This document shows positions 19,155 through 31,536 of a stretch of 32,000 nucleotides of DNA, in pieces. Within the stretch, counting starts at the first letter, position 1, and each line of letters begins with the position of its first letter. Source of the DNA: Xylella taiwanensis (lineage in GTDB: Bacteria; Pseudomonadota; Gammaproteobacteria; Xanthomonadales; Xanthomonadaceae). The translations under genes were made by a program, and so were the position numbers. The notes beneath the pieces were generated by a model, which worked only from the letters and a program-made list of their open reading frames with translations, was not told where the DNA came from and did no database searches. Location of the stretch: the NCBI RefSeq assembly GCF_013177435.1, contig NZ_CP053627.1:2130001-2162000 (forward strand). The letters are read 5' to 3'.

Positions 19155-20021
19155 TTATTTTGAAACTGGAACCACAGAACCATCGGAGGATACCGCAAAA
19201 CGCGCCACATTAGCGCGCTTGTAGCGTGTCAGATCGACAATATTTCCAGATTCTTGGACTTCCACCGCAGCGGCATTACCCAGTACTACACGACCTACTT
19301 GGCCAAGCACATAATGCCGTATCTCCCCCGCAGGGATTAACGCTTTCTCCATCGGGCTTCCATCGGAGGCGATCACCTCTATCCAACTATCCCCCTTGAA
19401 GTTCAGGGTCAGACTACCAGCCTGCTCCGCAGGCATCGAATCGTTACGCGGCACCGGTGCAATCGAAGCGATGAACGGCGCAGACCTATCAGAACTACGC
19501 TCCGAGTCAGGTAGCGTGCCACCAAGGACCTCAGACTTTGATTGCTCAGGTACCATCTCCAACGAAGCAGTACGTAGCGCGTGGGGCTCGAAATTGCTGC
19601 GCATGGCATACCATACCGGCACAGCAAACACACCAGTGATCACCACATACATCGCCTTACGGGTGACCCCCTCGAGAAGGTGTCGCGCTCGTTGCATATG
19701 GGCATAACTCACCAATTCGGCTGGCTCGATTTCGGTCAAGAACGCCTGTTCAAACAATGGATCAAGATCGATATTGAGCAACCGCGCATAACCACGTAAC
19801 TGACCACGGACGAATACCGGTGCCCCTAGACGTTGCCAGTTCTCCTCCTCTAATGAAAGCACGACCTGTACCGGCATGCGCAAGCTAGTTGCTACATCCT
19901 CAATGGTCAATCCAACCGCCATCCGCGCATCACGTAAACGTTGCCCACATCCTTTCGCATGTTCAAAAAGGTTAGGATTCGAATCATGCTCGAAAGGGTT
20001 AGGATTGGAATCGCTGATCAC
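19155..20021 (-). CDS. rodZ: RodZ-like cytoskeleton protein (Xre-type HTH, TM segment, C-terminal DUF4115)
   Basis: 288 aa with a GTG start 6 nt after the pilF stop. Features are the HTH GQRLRDARMAVGLTIEDVATSLRM, a TM segment YVVITGVFAVPVWYAM and a C-terminal LTLNFKGDSWIEV.. domain. It sits between pilF and yfgM. Confidence 0.85.
   Translation of the reverse strand: MISDSNPNPFEHDSNPNLFEHAKGCGQRLRDARMAVGLTIEDVATSLRMPVQVVLSLEEENWQRLGAPVFVRGQLRGYARLLNIDLDPLFEQAFLTEIEPAELVSYAHMQRARHLLEGVTRKAMYVVITGVFAVPVWYAMRSNFEPHALRTASLEMVPEQSKSEVLGGTLPDSERSSDRSAPFIASIAPVPRNDSMPAEQAGSLTLNFKGDSWIEVIASDGSPMEKALIPAGEIRHYVLGQVGRVVLGNAAAVEVQESGNIVDLTRYKRANVARFAVSSDGSVVPVSK
19959..20012 (-). repeat. In-frame 27-bp tandem duplication (23/27 identical) inside the rodZ N-terminus
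   Basis: gattccaatcctaaccctttcgagcat is followed directly by gattcgaatcctaacctttttgaacat. These encode DSNPNPFEH and DSNPNLFEH. Confidence 0.9.
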
Positions 20022-20027
20022 AATACA

Positions 20028-20843
20028 TTAGCCCCTGGGTTCCGCGGCTACATTTTCGGGAAACTCCTTGATTAACCGCTGTTGATATCGGCTAGCAGCA
20101 GCCTTGTCGCCTAGCCCTTGCTCGATTTGAATCGCGAGTTTTAACACTGAAGCCGTTGCAGGCGCAGTTGCCAAGCGCCGTTCGCTGAAGGCGCGCGCCT
20201 CGAAATAACGATGTTTGTCGTACTCACTTCGCGCCATTGATTCCAACGCGTAAGCATTGCCTGGATCCAACTCCAACGCCCTACGCAAATCGTGCTCGGC
20301 ACGGTCGCGCTGCCCAGACTGAAGCGCACAACCACCGGCATTGGCCAGAGTACCAGGTTGCTCACCATAAGCCGGATCAGTCATCGCACGTTCGAACCAA
20401 ACCAATGCCTCGGTTGGATACCCATTCGCACACAACCAAGCGCCGTAGTTATTGAGCACATCACCACGCTGCGGTGCCAACTCGGCAGCCTTGCGGTAGT
20501 ACTCACCGGAACGAACCACATCGCCACGCCTACTGTAGATCGCCGCACGCAGCGTCCACGCATCAATTGATGAGGGATCCTGCCTCAACACATCTTGTAT
20601 CAGCCGTTCCGCAGCCGCGTCATCACCAGCATTAAATTGGTTATAGGCGCGTCCAAGATTCTGAGTCAACGCAACACGACGGCGAGTTTTGGCATCATCA
20701 TGGAAGTTATAAACAGGGGCAAGATTCTGAACTGACTTAATACGTGTCTCTTTCTTATCAGGCATGGCTACGCAGCCAGATAAGATCAGCACAGCAGCAA
20801 ACACTAACATCAGACATGTATCACGCAGCAACATCTCGACCAA
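20028..20843 (-). CDS. pilF: Type IV pilus biogenesis/stability TPR lipoprotein (PilF of Pseudomonas, PilW of Neisseria)
   Basis: It has a lipobox ILSGC|VAM and multiple TPR repeats. It sits between rlmN and rodZ as in P. aeruginosa. The start is uncertain (20843, 20834 or 20810); the first two overlap the end of rlmN. Confidence 0.85.
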   Translation of the reverse strand: MVEMLLRDTCLMLVFAAVLILSGCVAMPDKKETRIKSVQNLAPVYNFHDDAKTRRRVALTQNLGRAYNQFNAGDDAAAERLIQDVLRQDPSSIDAWTLRAAIYSRRGDVVRSGEYYRKAAELAPQRGDVLNNYGAWLCANGYPTEALVWFERAMTDPAYGEQPGTLANAGGCALQSGQRDRAEHDLRRALELDPGNAYALESMARSEYDKHRYFEARAFSERRLATAPATASVLKLAIQIEQGLGDKAAASRYQQRLIKEFPENVAAEPRG

Positions 20844-22035
20844 CCCGATCTTCTAGAGTGTGGCGAAACCTGGCTTGGCGGTGAGTACGATCCACGACTT
20901 GACCCTTCAACTGCCCGCACGCCGCATCAATGTCGTCTCCACGGGTACGACGTACTATCGTCAAAATCCGTGCATCCAACATGATCTTTTGGAAGGCGCG
21001 TATATCGGCTTCTGTCGAACGTTCATAACGAGTGCCTGGAAATGGGTTGAACGGAATCAGATTAACCTTCGCTGCACCCTTAACCTGCATCGCACACTCA
21101 AACTGTTGCATCAGTTTGACCAATTGATGCGCATGCTCTTGCTGGTCGTTAACGCCCTTTATCAAGGTGTATTCGAACGTGACGGACTCACGTTTACGAT
21201 TAACAGACAAATAACGCTCACAGGATGCCATCAGTTCAGCAATTGGGTACTTTCTATTCAACGGAACCAGCTGCTCACGCAGTAAGTCATTCGGAGCATG
21301 CAGTGATACAGCCAGCGACACATCACTTTCGCTCGAGAGGCGATCGATCATTGGCACCAAGCCGGAAGTCGACAGAGTCACACGTTTGTTGGACAAACCG
21401 TAGCCTAAATCATCGCGCATCACGCTCATCGCACGCACAACGTTATCGAAATTCATTAACGGCTCGCCCATGCCCATCATCACCACGTTGGTGAGACGAC
21501 GCTGCTGGTGCGGCACATTACCAAGGTCACGGGCGGCAACCCAAAGCTGACCGATAATCTCGGCTGTCGTCAGGTTTCGGTTAAAGCCTTGAGTGGCAGT
21601 CGAGCAAAAAGTACAGTTCAAACCACAGCCGATTTGCGAAGACACACACAACGTACCACGCCCCTTGTCCGGGATATAAACAGTCTCAATCGCATTTTTA
21701 CTGTCAGTGCCCATCGCGAGCAACCACTTGCGTGTGCCATCGGCTGAGTGCTTGTCCAACACAATACGAGGAACTCGCACCTCAGCACATGTCTGTAACC
21801 TGACACGCAACGCCTTGCCAATATCCGTCATCTGCTCGAAGTCAGCGATATAACGGTGGTGGATCCACTTCATGACCTGGTGGGCACGGTAGCGTTTCTC
21901 ACCGAGAACATCCTCGAAGAAGCGTTCCAACCCATCGCGGTCAAGTTCCAGCAGATTTTGTTTTTGGACAACATCGCCAGCAATGGGCTCACCACTGGTG
22001 GTTGTCACACTGGGAATCACCACAAACCCATTCAT
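20821..22035 (-). CDS. rlmN: 23S rRNA/tRNA adenine-C2 methyltransferase RlmN (radical SAM)
   Basis: Radical-SAM motif [18 protein letters not shown], plus [11 protein letters not shown] and the C-terminal ACGQLKG. The track ORF (to 22182) would overlap ndk. The ATG at 22035 has a GAGG Shine-Dalgarno, lies 10 nt after the ndk stop and gives a typical ~404 aa. Confidence 0.95.
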   Translation of the reverse strand: MNGFVVIPSVTTTSGEPIAGDVVQKQNLLELDRDGLERFFEDVLGEKRYRAHQVMKWIHHRYIADFEQMTDIGKALRVRLQTCAEVRVPRIVLDKHSADGTRKWLLAMGTDSKNAIETVYIPDKGRGTLCVSSQIGCGLNCTFCSTATQGFNRNLTTAEIIGQLWVAARDLGNVPHQQRRLTNVVMMGMGEPLMNFDNVVRAMSVMRDDLGYGLSNKRVTLSTSGLVPMIDRLSSESDVSLAVSLHAPNDLLREQLVPLNRKYPIAELMASCERYLSVNRKRESVTFEYTLIKGVNDQQEHAHQLVKLMQQFECAMQVKGAAKVNLIPFNPFPGTRYERSTEADIRAFQKIMLDARILTIVRRTRGDDIDAACGQLKGQVVDRTHRQARFRHTLEDRVGRDVAA

Positions 22036-22045
22036 GCCTACGACC

Positions 22046-22471
22046 TCATCGCAAAATAATTTCGGTAGCGGCAAAAAAGTAAGCCATCTCAATCGCAGCA
22101 TTCTCGACCGAATCCGAACCATGGGCAGCATTGGCTTCAATTGACTCGGCAAAATCGGCCCGGATCGTACCTGGAACGGCATCCTTCGGATTAGTCGCTC
22201 CTAACAATTCACGATGGCGAACCACAGCATTATCACCTTCCAACACCTGAATCATCACTGGCCCTGAGATCATAAATTCAACCAATGGGTTGAAAAACGG
22301 GCGGTCACGATGCACAGCGTAAAAACCCTCGGCCTCACAACGCGACAGCTGCTTATACTTAGCAGCAACGATCTTAAGACCAGCTTTCTCAAAACGGCTA
22401 TAGATATCACCAATCACGTTCTTCGCGACAGCATCAGGCTTGATAATCGAAAGAGTACGCTCGAGCGCCAT
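22046..22471 (-). CDS. ndk: Nucleoside diphosphate kinase
   Basis: 141 aa: [15 protein letters not shown].. and the active-site region NAAHGSDS. An AGGAG Shine-Dalgarno lies 9 nt upstream. Confidence 0.97.
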   Translation of the reverse strand: MALERTLSIIKPDAVAKNVIGDIYSRFEKAGLKIVAAKYKQLSRCEAEGFYAVHRDRPFFNPLVEFMISGPVMIQVLEGDNAVVRHRELLGATNPKDAVPGTIRADFAESIEANAAHGSDSVENAAIEMAYFFAATEIILR

Positions 22472-22520
22472 GCACAGGATCTCCTGTTGGGCGGGCCACT
22501 GATAGCCCGAAAGTCTACAT

Positions 22521-22548
22521 GAAAAAAACCCGCGTCTGAACGCGGGCT
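22521..22548 (-). terminator. Intrinsic terminator (7-bp GC stem, UCAG loop, U7 tail) with no recognisable gene upstream of it
   Basis: Minus strand reads aagCCCGCGTtcagACGCGGGttttttt. It lies about 50 nt upstream of the ndk start and at the edge of a 3.2-kb ORF-poor block. Confidence 0.7.
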
Positions 22549-23746
22549 TAGCCTATAGTTTTACAAGGGTGAATTCTAGCTGGTCGCAACCCGCTTTGCA
22601 CACTGCTCACGTAGGCATTCCTGAACCATAAAGTGCAAATATATAATCTCTAGCGATTCGTTTGATTCTTGATTTTGCTTGCTCAGACCTCGAGCAAGGA
22701 ACATACCCAAGATAACGACTGCACCAGAAAACCCCGCCGTACCGAGCAACCAGCGATGCTAGCATCACATCGGTGAATTTTTAAAAATTCATTATCAATA
22801 TTTCCAATGATAATTACTGGATTCAATGCGTTTTTTCTGCGCCGTACATTGCAATAGAGAATACTGAACTCATACCACAATTGCAGATCGTATTACGCCA
22901 ACATTCTAATAACGCAAGTGCAGTTCTAGGAGCGTTCGCCAAGCTAACGCATTAGCTGCTATAGATGAACGTTGGTACCTTTGTGCAGATCTTTCTCCCC
23001 GCTTCCCTTAGAACAACAAAAACTTCGGCAAATTTACGTCTGACCATTTTCCCCTCACGTACTACCTAGATTTAACAAAGTGTCCCCCCGTACCAATCGC
23101 GATTTCGCCGGTCGGGTAATCTGCCAACCCCAAGAAACATTTTCAAACAGCACCAACTTGACCGACCTTCTAGTCAAAGGCTGCATCGCTTTTCTGCCAA
23201 CCGGTAATCCTCCTCTCAGGATAATGACACTGCGCACGGTACAGGGCAGACAACGTATTTACAGAACTTAAAGCAAGATATTCAAGGCCATTAGGATAGA
23301 TAAAGTCGCACCCTCAGCAATTAAAACGTAAGAGACCTGGGTCTAAGGCAAAGTGATATTCAACGCACACCGCCTATACTTAATACTTAGCTAAGGCTGA
23401 AGGAGTCACCATGACAGGAAAACCTATCGTGCATCACTTCGATCTCAGCACATCCCCATGATCTATAACATCGTTATCGTTACGTTAAAATGATGTTGAT
23501 CAACATACAGACTATTCGATGAGGTAAGCACAACATCGAAATCATCAGTATCTTATGCGGCAGAAATGTCAAGTACAGATTCGAAAGAGCGACCGCTCTA
23601 ACTCGAACCCGAAGATTTCGCCAATGCTTACGCAACAGAACCAATCGCACAGCATCGCAACTCTGTCGTTCTGTACCGACCGGTTTACCCTCAGCATGAC
23701 ACCAGAGTTCCAAGAATCTGGAGCGATTCCAATCACGAAGTAGATC

Positions 23747-24904
23747 CAAGGCGCTCAGATCATCGCTACCATCCAACCTTCAGGCGACAAGGCGACACCA
23801 AAGCATGTTCTTTCATACCCACCCAAACGGCATACTGCCCCGCGTACTCAAAGCATTGATTTCACAGATACCTGACATCGATATCAACACATTGACGGCA
23901 CCATCATCGGCGACGTAATGCCCCAAGGTGACCCAAGAATGAACTCCGCGCGTATCGGTGTGTTACTCGCCAGCATGTCAAACACCTTGACCGAACAGTC
24001 CATCAATCCTTTTCTCTTCCGGCCTGCAGTCCATAGCACCAGTGGCCAATCAGAGCCAGCTGAACAACACCGAGCGGATACTGGCCAGTGAGAGCAAGTC
24101 GATATTGATGCTGCTGATCACTGGGTAATCAAGAGCGTGCTCTTACCGAACATATTTGCTAACAACCATGTGGTCATCATCTCCTGTACAGGTATCCTCG
24201 CGGAGAAAACAACCACAGGTACGGAGCAGGGGTGTTTGCACTCGCCTGTCACCAGATAAACATTGATCGCAATCGCCACCAGTGAGTTCAAAGATAAAAT
24301 ATCCCGATACGAGGCTTTGACTCACCTATCGATTCAGCCGCCAAGCCCTATTCATACTCACTGGTATTGACATACCTGCTTTTTAAGCGCTTTTACGCGA
24401 ACAAATCAGAATAGTCGTTACGCTGCTGGATGAAGTATGGAAACCCAGAGAAGGGAGTGTGAAGGTCAAGGCAAACGACAAAAATTAAAAAGCAGTCAAT
24501 CACAGCAGTGACTCAACACAGTAAGCTGCATCGCTCGTACAGACTACACGGGACATGACTTACAGAAAAAATTGCGCCCCTGGCAACCGTGTACATGCAC
24601 GTTTCCGGATCGCGACGAAACGGTGTCTGGAAGCCCACAAATTTACGATGGTAAGCCAGATTGAGGTCGAACATATCCTGTGAAGGCGCACACTAGCATG
24701 CCGAAGGGGCCTCAAAAATAATCGATCCCAAGGACTCGAGCCTTCCCAACACGGTTTCAATGCCAAACTATCTCTAGCAGTGGGTGCTTCCTGTAATTGA
24801 TCCTAATCTCAACACAAGCCCAGGGCGTCCAGCAAGCACGGTTCGTTGAGTGTCCATGCGTGACGATACATTCACCAGCAACACTCTTGTGTTCATCTCA
24901 CTGA
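23747..24904 (+). pseudogene. Degraded acetyl-CoA C-acyltransferase (thiolase, FadA-like)
   Basis: Stitched plus-strand frames give four colinear N-terminal fragments. They are AQIIATIQPSGDKATPKHVLSYPPK (ayIVaatRTPvGKa.kG.f...rp) and FHTHPNGILPRVLKALISQIPDIDINTL. They continue with IDGTIIGDVMPQGDPRMNSARIGVLLASMSNTLTEQSINPF (..GcvmpegeqGmNvARig.LlAglp.tv.g.tvNrF). After a frameshift comes SSGLQSIAPVANQSQLNNTERILASESKSILMLL (C-SSGLQsvA.aa..i..g..d.mlAGG.ESMSmvP). C-terminal matches (QIEVEH, LEPSQ..SLAVGAS, CVTI) are weaker. There are several stops and at least 3 frameshifts. Boundaries are approximate. Confidence 0.7.
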
Positions 24905-25512
24905 CCTTGCATTCAAAGCCATGTGTTTGAATTTAAATTTAAACACGACCCAGTCGGCAGCTAAGCAACACGGTGAAACCGCTGCCCCATACAGCGATCA
25001 GGTTCCGAAACTGACAGCACACACTTCAACTCACTAAAATAATAATGCCCCTCCAAAATCCAATCGTATTGGTTGTAGGCGAACAACTTCCAGCAACCTT
25101 TCTTCGATCGCTATTTTCGATAAAAAATCAGCTTTACCGCACTCTAAGCAATCTTGATGGATAAGCAATCTCTGCAAGCCATATATCCATAAGGCGGAGT
25201 AACCCTAACGTTGGTTGCAAGGTGATCGTGTCGAAATAAGGGGCAAGATCTCTATTCATACTCACCCTCAGCAAAAAGCAAGAGCAGCCCAATACAATAA
25301 TTCTGGATAATCAGAGGTTTCAGTGCAGGTTTACAGAGTGCAGTGCACAGACCAACGATGGTAGATAAGGAAGCAAAAAAGAAACCAAGGAAAGATAACT
25401 ATGGATAGGCAGCCAACCTCTGTTAGCCGGGCAAGTCAGATCCACCTATGCGTAGGAACGCACCCGCGTGTGTTCGCTGATACAACACATCGCTAGCACC
25501 GCAATGAAGTAA

Positions 25513-26724
<1,212 letters not shown>

Positions 26725-27609
26725 GTTGGAAATCTCAACCAAGAACACTGGAAATCAAATAAACCGATATGGTTTGCCCGTTTACTCCAACCATCGGGAT
26801 ACTGTGGCATTGCTACTTGAAATCCTCCTCATTAAATTGCTACCAACTTTCTATTGCCCGTTTTTTTCTAAAGCGTAAGCAGGGTTTCAATCTTGCAACA
26901 CGAAATTCTTATATACACTTTAATCTAGAAATCCTTATATTCACCTGAAACATACCTACCTGGCTATATACCATGTGCTTGCAGCGCTTTCCTGGGTAGT
27001 TTCCGGACACAATCCGAAGGAACCAAACCACCTCCCGATTTAATTAAAATAACCAGCCATCCAGGGATGGGGATCCTCCCGCTATTCTGGCTGCCAGGGA
27101 ATACTCGCGCATTGATCAACACAGGCAGCTTAGTCGAGTTTTTGTAGCGGCAATCAGTTGCAGAAAAATCGCCGCACTTGCGTTTACAGTACAAACGTGT
27201 TCGAGACATCCGTCTTAAGCGACAAATACCTATTTAATCTCAAAAGCTGCACTGCTGCAGCTTGACGAAGAACAGCTACCATCATGAAGTGAAATGATAA
27301 ACATGATACGCAAGCCACAATCCATCGTTTGGAGATGGCAGAGAAGATTCTTCGGCAAATTATCCCAGAAGGATGTATTTTAGTTGCAGTCCCCAATGTT
27401 CCCTTACAGCGCAGGCAAGCATATACGGCACGCAAAACCGATCTGAATATACCCACCCATTCGCTATGGAATCACTGTTCGGCTTGTTCAGAAAATCATT
27501 AAACATTCCCCGAACAAGCCCCTCAAACCCGCCGTAAACATATGCCCCATCATCGATATCGAGCCAAACACGCTCTCAAGTGAACCCCAGGATCTTAAAT
27601 CCCTAAAAA

Positions 27610-28935
<1,326 letters not shown>

Positions 28936-29004
28936 TCAGGACCACAGAATAGAACATACACGTATCTGTTAGTCGCCTTTGGGGGAAGCATCATCAAAAC
29001 ACCT

Positions 29005-29031
29005 CAGACACCGCGATGATCGCGATGTCTG
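29005..29031 (-). terminator. 27-bp near-perfect palindrome/hairpin between the DUF2065 gene and purA (candidate terminator of the hflKC transcript, or an operator)
   Basis: cagacaccgcgat g atcgcgatgtctg forms 13-nt arms with one mismatch. On the minus strand it is followed by aggtgTTTTgatg, which is only a short T tract. Confidence 0.35.
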
Positions 29032-29125
29032 GGAAGTAACATTAGCCATACCTGATGCATTATCCGGGTTTCGGGTGACCCAGGGGCACACTCTGGCTCC
29101 TAAGAAACCCGACTGACACCACCCT

Positions 29126-29311
29126 TTAGTGACGTAACCACCACAACACAAGTAATCCGATACTAAGTACGAACACGCCGGACAGTCGCAACTGAACCAA
29201 AGGGAGATCCAACAACTGCGTGGCCAGACGTTTCCACAAACCGGGCGCGGCAAACAAGAACAAACCTTCCAAAACAGCAACAAGACTCAAGGCAACAAAC
29301 AGGTCGTACAT
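29126..29311 (-). CDS. DUF2065 (YjeT-like) small membrane protein
   Basis: MYDLFVALSLVAVLEGLFLFAAPGLWKRLATQLLDLPLVQLRLSGVFVLSIGLLVLWWLRH resembles E. coli YjeT (..LVLVLEGLGPML.P..WKK.....). It occupies the same slot between hflC and purA. The track ORF starts 12 codons earlier, at 29347. Confidence 0.75.
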   Translation of the reverse strand: MYDLFVALSLVAVLEGLFLFAAPGLWKRLATQLLDLPLVQLRLSGVFVLSIGLLVLWWLRH

Positions 29312-29467
29312 AAAAACACGGATGTGGTTAGAAACCATGGGATGCAACGTTCTTGGTTGCTCCTACTCTCACGCAAAACAGAAAGAAGATGAAACCGCTG
29401 CCTGTCATAGCTTGGCAGTCTGTCTCTCACATACGCGAAGGCATAAGAGCAACGGAACACCTGCCAC

Positions 29468-30331
29468 TCAATGATCGTTCTTGAAGTACTGCAAGAACGG
29501 ATCGTTCTTGTCGAGTACGATGACACCATTGCCATCAGCCATACCGTTTCGGTAAGCCTCCAGACTGCGGTAAAACCCGTAGAATGCAGGGTCAGCAGCA
29601 CCAGCGTGACCGTAGACACGCGCAGCCTCGGCATCACCTTCACCGCGCAACTTCTGGGCATCGCGCTCGGCATCAGCGATCAACACAGTGGACTCCCGAT
29701 CGGCCTGGGCACGAATGCTCAATGACCGCTCCTCACCCTCAGCACGCAGCTTGGCAGCCTCTTGCTTACGCTGGGCACGCATACGTTCGTAGACGTCGCT
29801 GATCACCTGACTGTCAACTGGCAACTCAATCTGCTTGATGCGGAGGTCAACAATATGCACACCTAAACCTTTAGTGGCTGCATTAATGCTTTTCAATTGA
29901 CCAGCAATCAACTCGCTACGATCGCCAGAAACCAACTCCTGCAAGGTGCGCGAGTTAATTTGGTTACGCAGTGAGTCAGTGATGATAGGTGCCAAACGGG
30001 CGGTCGCCTGAGACTCGTCGCCACCGGTCGCACGGTAAAAGGAACGCACATCATCAATGTAGCCAATCGCGAAGAAATCGACACTGACATCCTTCTGTTC
30101 AGCGGTGAAGTAACGTGCGGGCTCAGTGGCCATCACCTTGAAACGACGATCAAACACGCGCACCGACTCAACCAGCGGGATTTTGAAATGTAAACCTGGC
30201 TCCAAGTCATAACGCACCACACGACCGAGATTGATGACCATCGCAGTCTGATCCTCGCGCACCACAAAGGTCGAGCTGAACAAACCAAGAAAGAACACAA
30301 CCGTAACAACAATCCATAAGGAATTCTTCAT
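29468..30331 (-). CDS. hflC: Protease modulator HflC (SPFH/band-7)
   Basis: 287 aa with an N-terminal TM, and PGLHFKIP, VDLRIKQIELP, YERMRAQR, RGEGDAEAA and FYGFYRSLEAY as in E. coli HflC. It has an ATGA overlap with the hflK stop. Confidence 0.95.
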   Translation of the reverse strand: MKNSLWIVVTVVFFLGLFSSTFVVREDQTAMVINLGRVVRYDLEPGLHFKIPLVESVRVFDRRFKVMATEPARYFTAEQKDVSVDFFAIGYIDDVRSFYRATGGDESQATARLAPIITDSLRNQINSRTLQELVSGDRSELIAGQLKSINAATKGLGVHIVDLRIKQIELPVDSQVISDVYERMRAQRKQEAAKLRAEGEERSLSIRAQADRESTVLIADAERDAQKLRGEGDAEAARVYGHAGAADPAFYGFYRSLEAYRNGMADGNGVIVLDKNDPFLQYFKNDH

Positions 30332-31467
30332 AGGGCAGCTCCTTCACGGCCTGCAGGACGCGCAATGCGCTGCGGATTACGGATGTTCTCATTAGACGGC
30401 TTGTTAAGAGAGTCGGGGATCAGTACATCCTGCGAAACCGGCGGCGTATTGCCCCCGCCCCCCTGAAGCGTGGCAGCCGGTAAGCGCGGCAGATCCGGCG
30501 ATATCGGCACATAAATCAACTGACGGCCATCGGCACCGATCACCTTACGATTCTGTGTCAGCACCTGTTGCACTGTCTCCAGCCACAGACGTTTACGGGT
30601 AACCTCAGGGGCGTTCTTGTACTGAGCCTGCAGAAGAGTGAAACGGTCAGCATCTCCCTGTGCACGTGCAATCACAGCCTGCTTATATCCATCAGCCGCC
30701 GTGCGAGTACTGGCTGCGCGGCCACGGGCCTCAGGCACAACCTTGGCGGCATAGGCCTGAGCCTCATCAATAAGGCGCTCACGCACCTGCTGAGCACCAT
30801 TAACCTCATCGAAAGCCGACTTCACTTCCTCCGGTGGGCGTGCGTCTGGCAAGGTCAAACCAGTGACCAACAGACCAGTACGGTAAGCATCCAGTGATGC
30901 CTGCAGACGCTCTTTGGAGGCAGTAGACAAGGGACCACGATTATTGAGTACCGAGTTGAGATCGGATCGGCCCACTTGTTCACGGACCGCGCTTTGGGCA
31001 GCCTGCACCAGCACTTCGTTAGCATTACGCGAACCATACAAGTATAAGTGCGGGTCACTGATCTGGTACTGCACATTGAGCGTGACGTTCACAATGTTCT
31101 CGTCACGAGTCAACACCGGCACCTGCTTACCGAAGGTCTTAATTTCGGTGGCGTTGACCTTATGCACCGACTCCAAAGGCCACGGCCACTTGAGGCTCAA
31201 TCCCGGCTGCAACACCCTCACAAACTGACCAAAGCGTAACACCACACCACGCTGCTGCTCGCCAATTAACTGGACACTAGAGAAGAGCACGATTAAAACC
31301 ACCCCAATCAGCACCCAACTCAGGATACCCACCTCAAGTAAATCCTTAAGTGGCCCAGGTATCTTCCCAAAAACACCGCCATTGCCGCCGCCACGTAATG
31401 GCCCTGAGCCGCGATGTTGCGACTCCGAAGCATCTTTACCCTTGCTGCCAGGTATGTTCCAAGACAT
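30328..31467 (-). CDS. hflK: Protease modulator HflK (SPFH/band-7)
   Basis: MSWNIPGSKGKD.. parallels E. coli MAWNQPGNNGQD... It has a Gly-rich region, a TM and an SPFH core. The ATG at 31467 is preceded by a GGAG Shine-Dalgarno. The track ORF starts 13 codons earlier. Confidence 0.93.
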   Translation of the reverse strand: MSWNIPGSKGKDASESQHRGSGPLRGGGNGGVFGKIPGPLKDLLEVGILSWVLIGVVLIVLFSSVQLIGEQQRGVVLRFGQFVRVLQPGLSLKWPWPLESVHKVNATEIKTFGKQVPVLTRDENIVNVTLNVQYQISDPHLYLYGSRNANEVLVQAAQSAVREQVGRSDLNSVLNNRGPLSTASKERLQASLDAYRTGLLVTGLTLPDARPPEEVKSAFDEVNGAQQVRERLIDEAQAYAAKVVPEARGRAASTRTAADGYKQAVIARAQGDADRFTLLQAQYKNAPEVTRKRLWLETVQQVLTQNRKVIGADGRQLIYVPISPDLPRLPAATLQGGGGNTPPVSQDVLIPDSLNKPSNENIRNPQRIARPAGREGAAL

Positions 31468-31507
31468 GCATACTCCATGATGGAAGGGCGGAGCGGGTAC
31501 TCCCACA

Positions 31508-31536
31508 TTGCCGCCATAATGAATGAATTCTAGAAT
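31508..31536 (+). promoter_or_regulatory. Candidate sigma-70 promoter TTGCCG-17nt-TAGAAT for the oxidoreductase gene
   Basis: Hexamers read directly at 31508..31513 and 31531..31536. The -10 box is embedded in the 12-bp palindrome AATTCTAGAATT (31526..31537). Confidence 0.3.

Noticed and set aside
22036-22182. Several track ORFs have N-terminal extensions: rlmN to 22182 (overlapping ndk), gapA from 25588, purA to 28932, hflK to 31506, and the DUF2065 gene to 29347.
   Set aside because: Internal ATGs with good Shine-Dalgarno sequences reproduce the canonical N-termini of each family (MNGF.., MAIKVGING.., MGQSVVVLG.., MSWNIPG..). The extensions have no homologous counterpart and would overlap neighbouring genes.
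24348-25265. A 14-nt exact direct repeat, ctattcatactcac, occurs at 24348-24361 and 25252-25265.
   Set aside because: About two exact 14-mer coincidences are expected by chance in a 32-kb window. There is no extended similarity around either copy.
27481-27520. The inverted repeat ggcttgttc / gaacaagcc, about 100 nt downstream of the purA stop, could be the purA terminator.
   Set aside because: It has a 22-nt loop, a stem of only 9 bp and no U-tract on the purA strand, so it is not a convincing intrinsic terminator.
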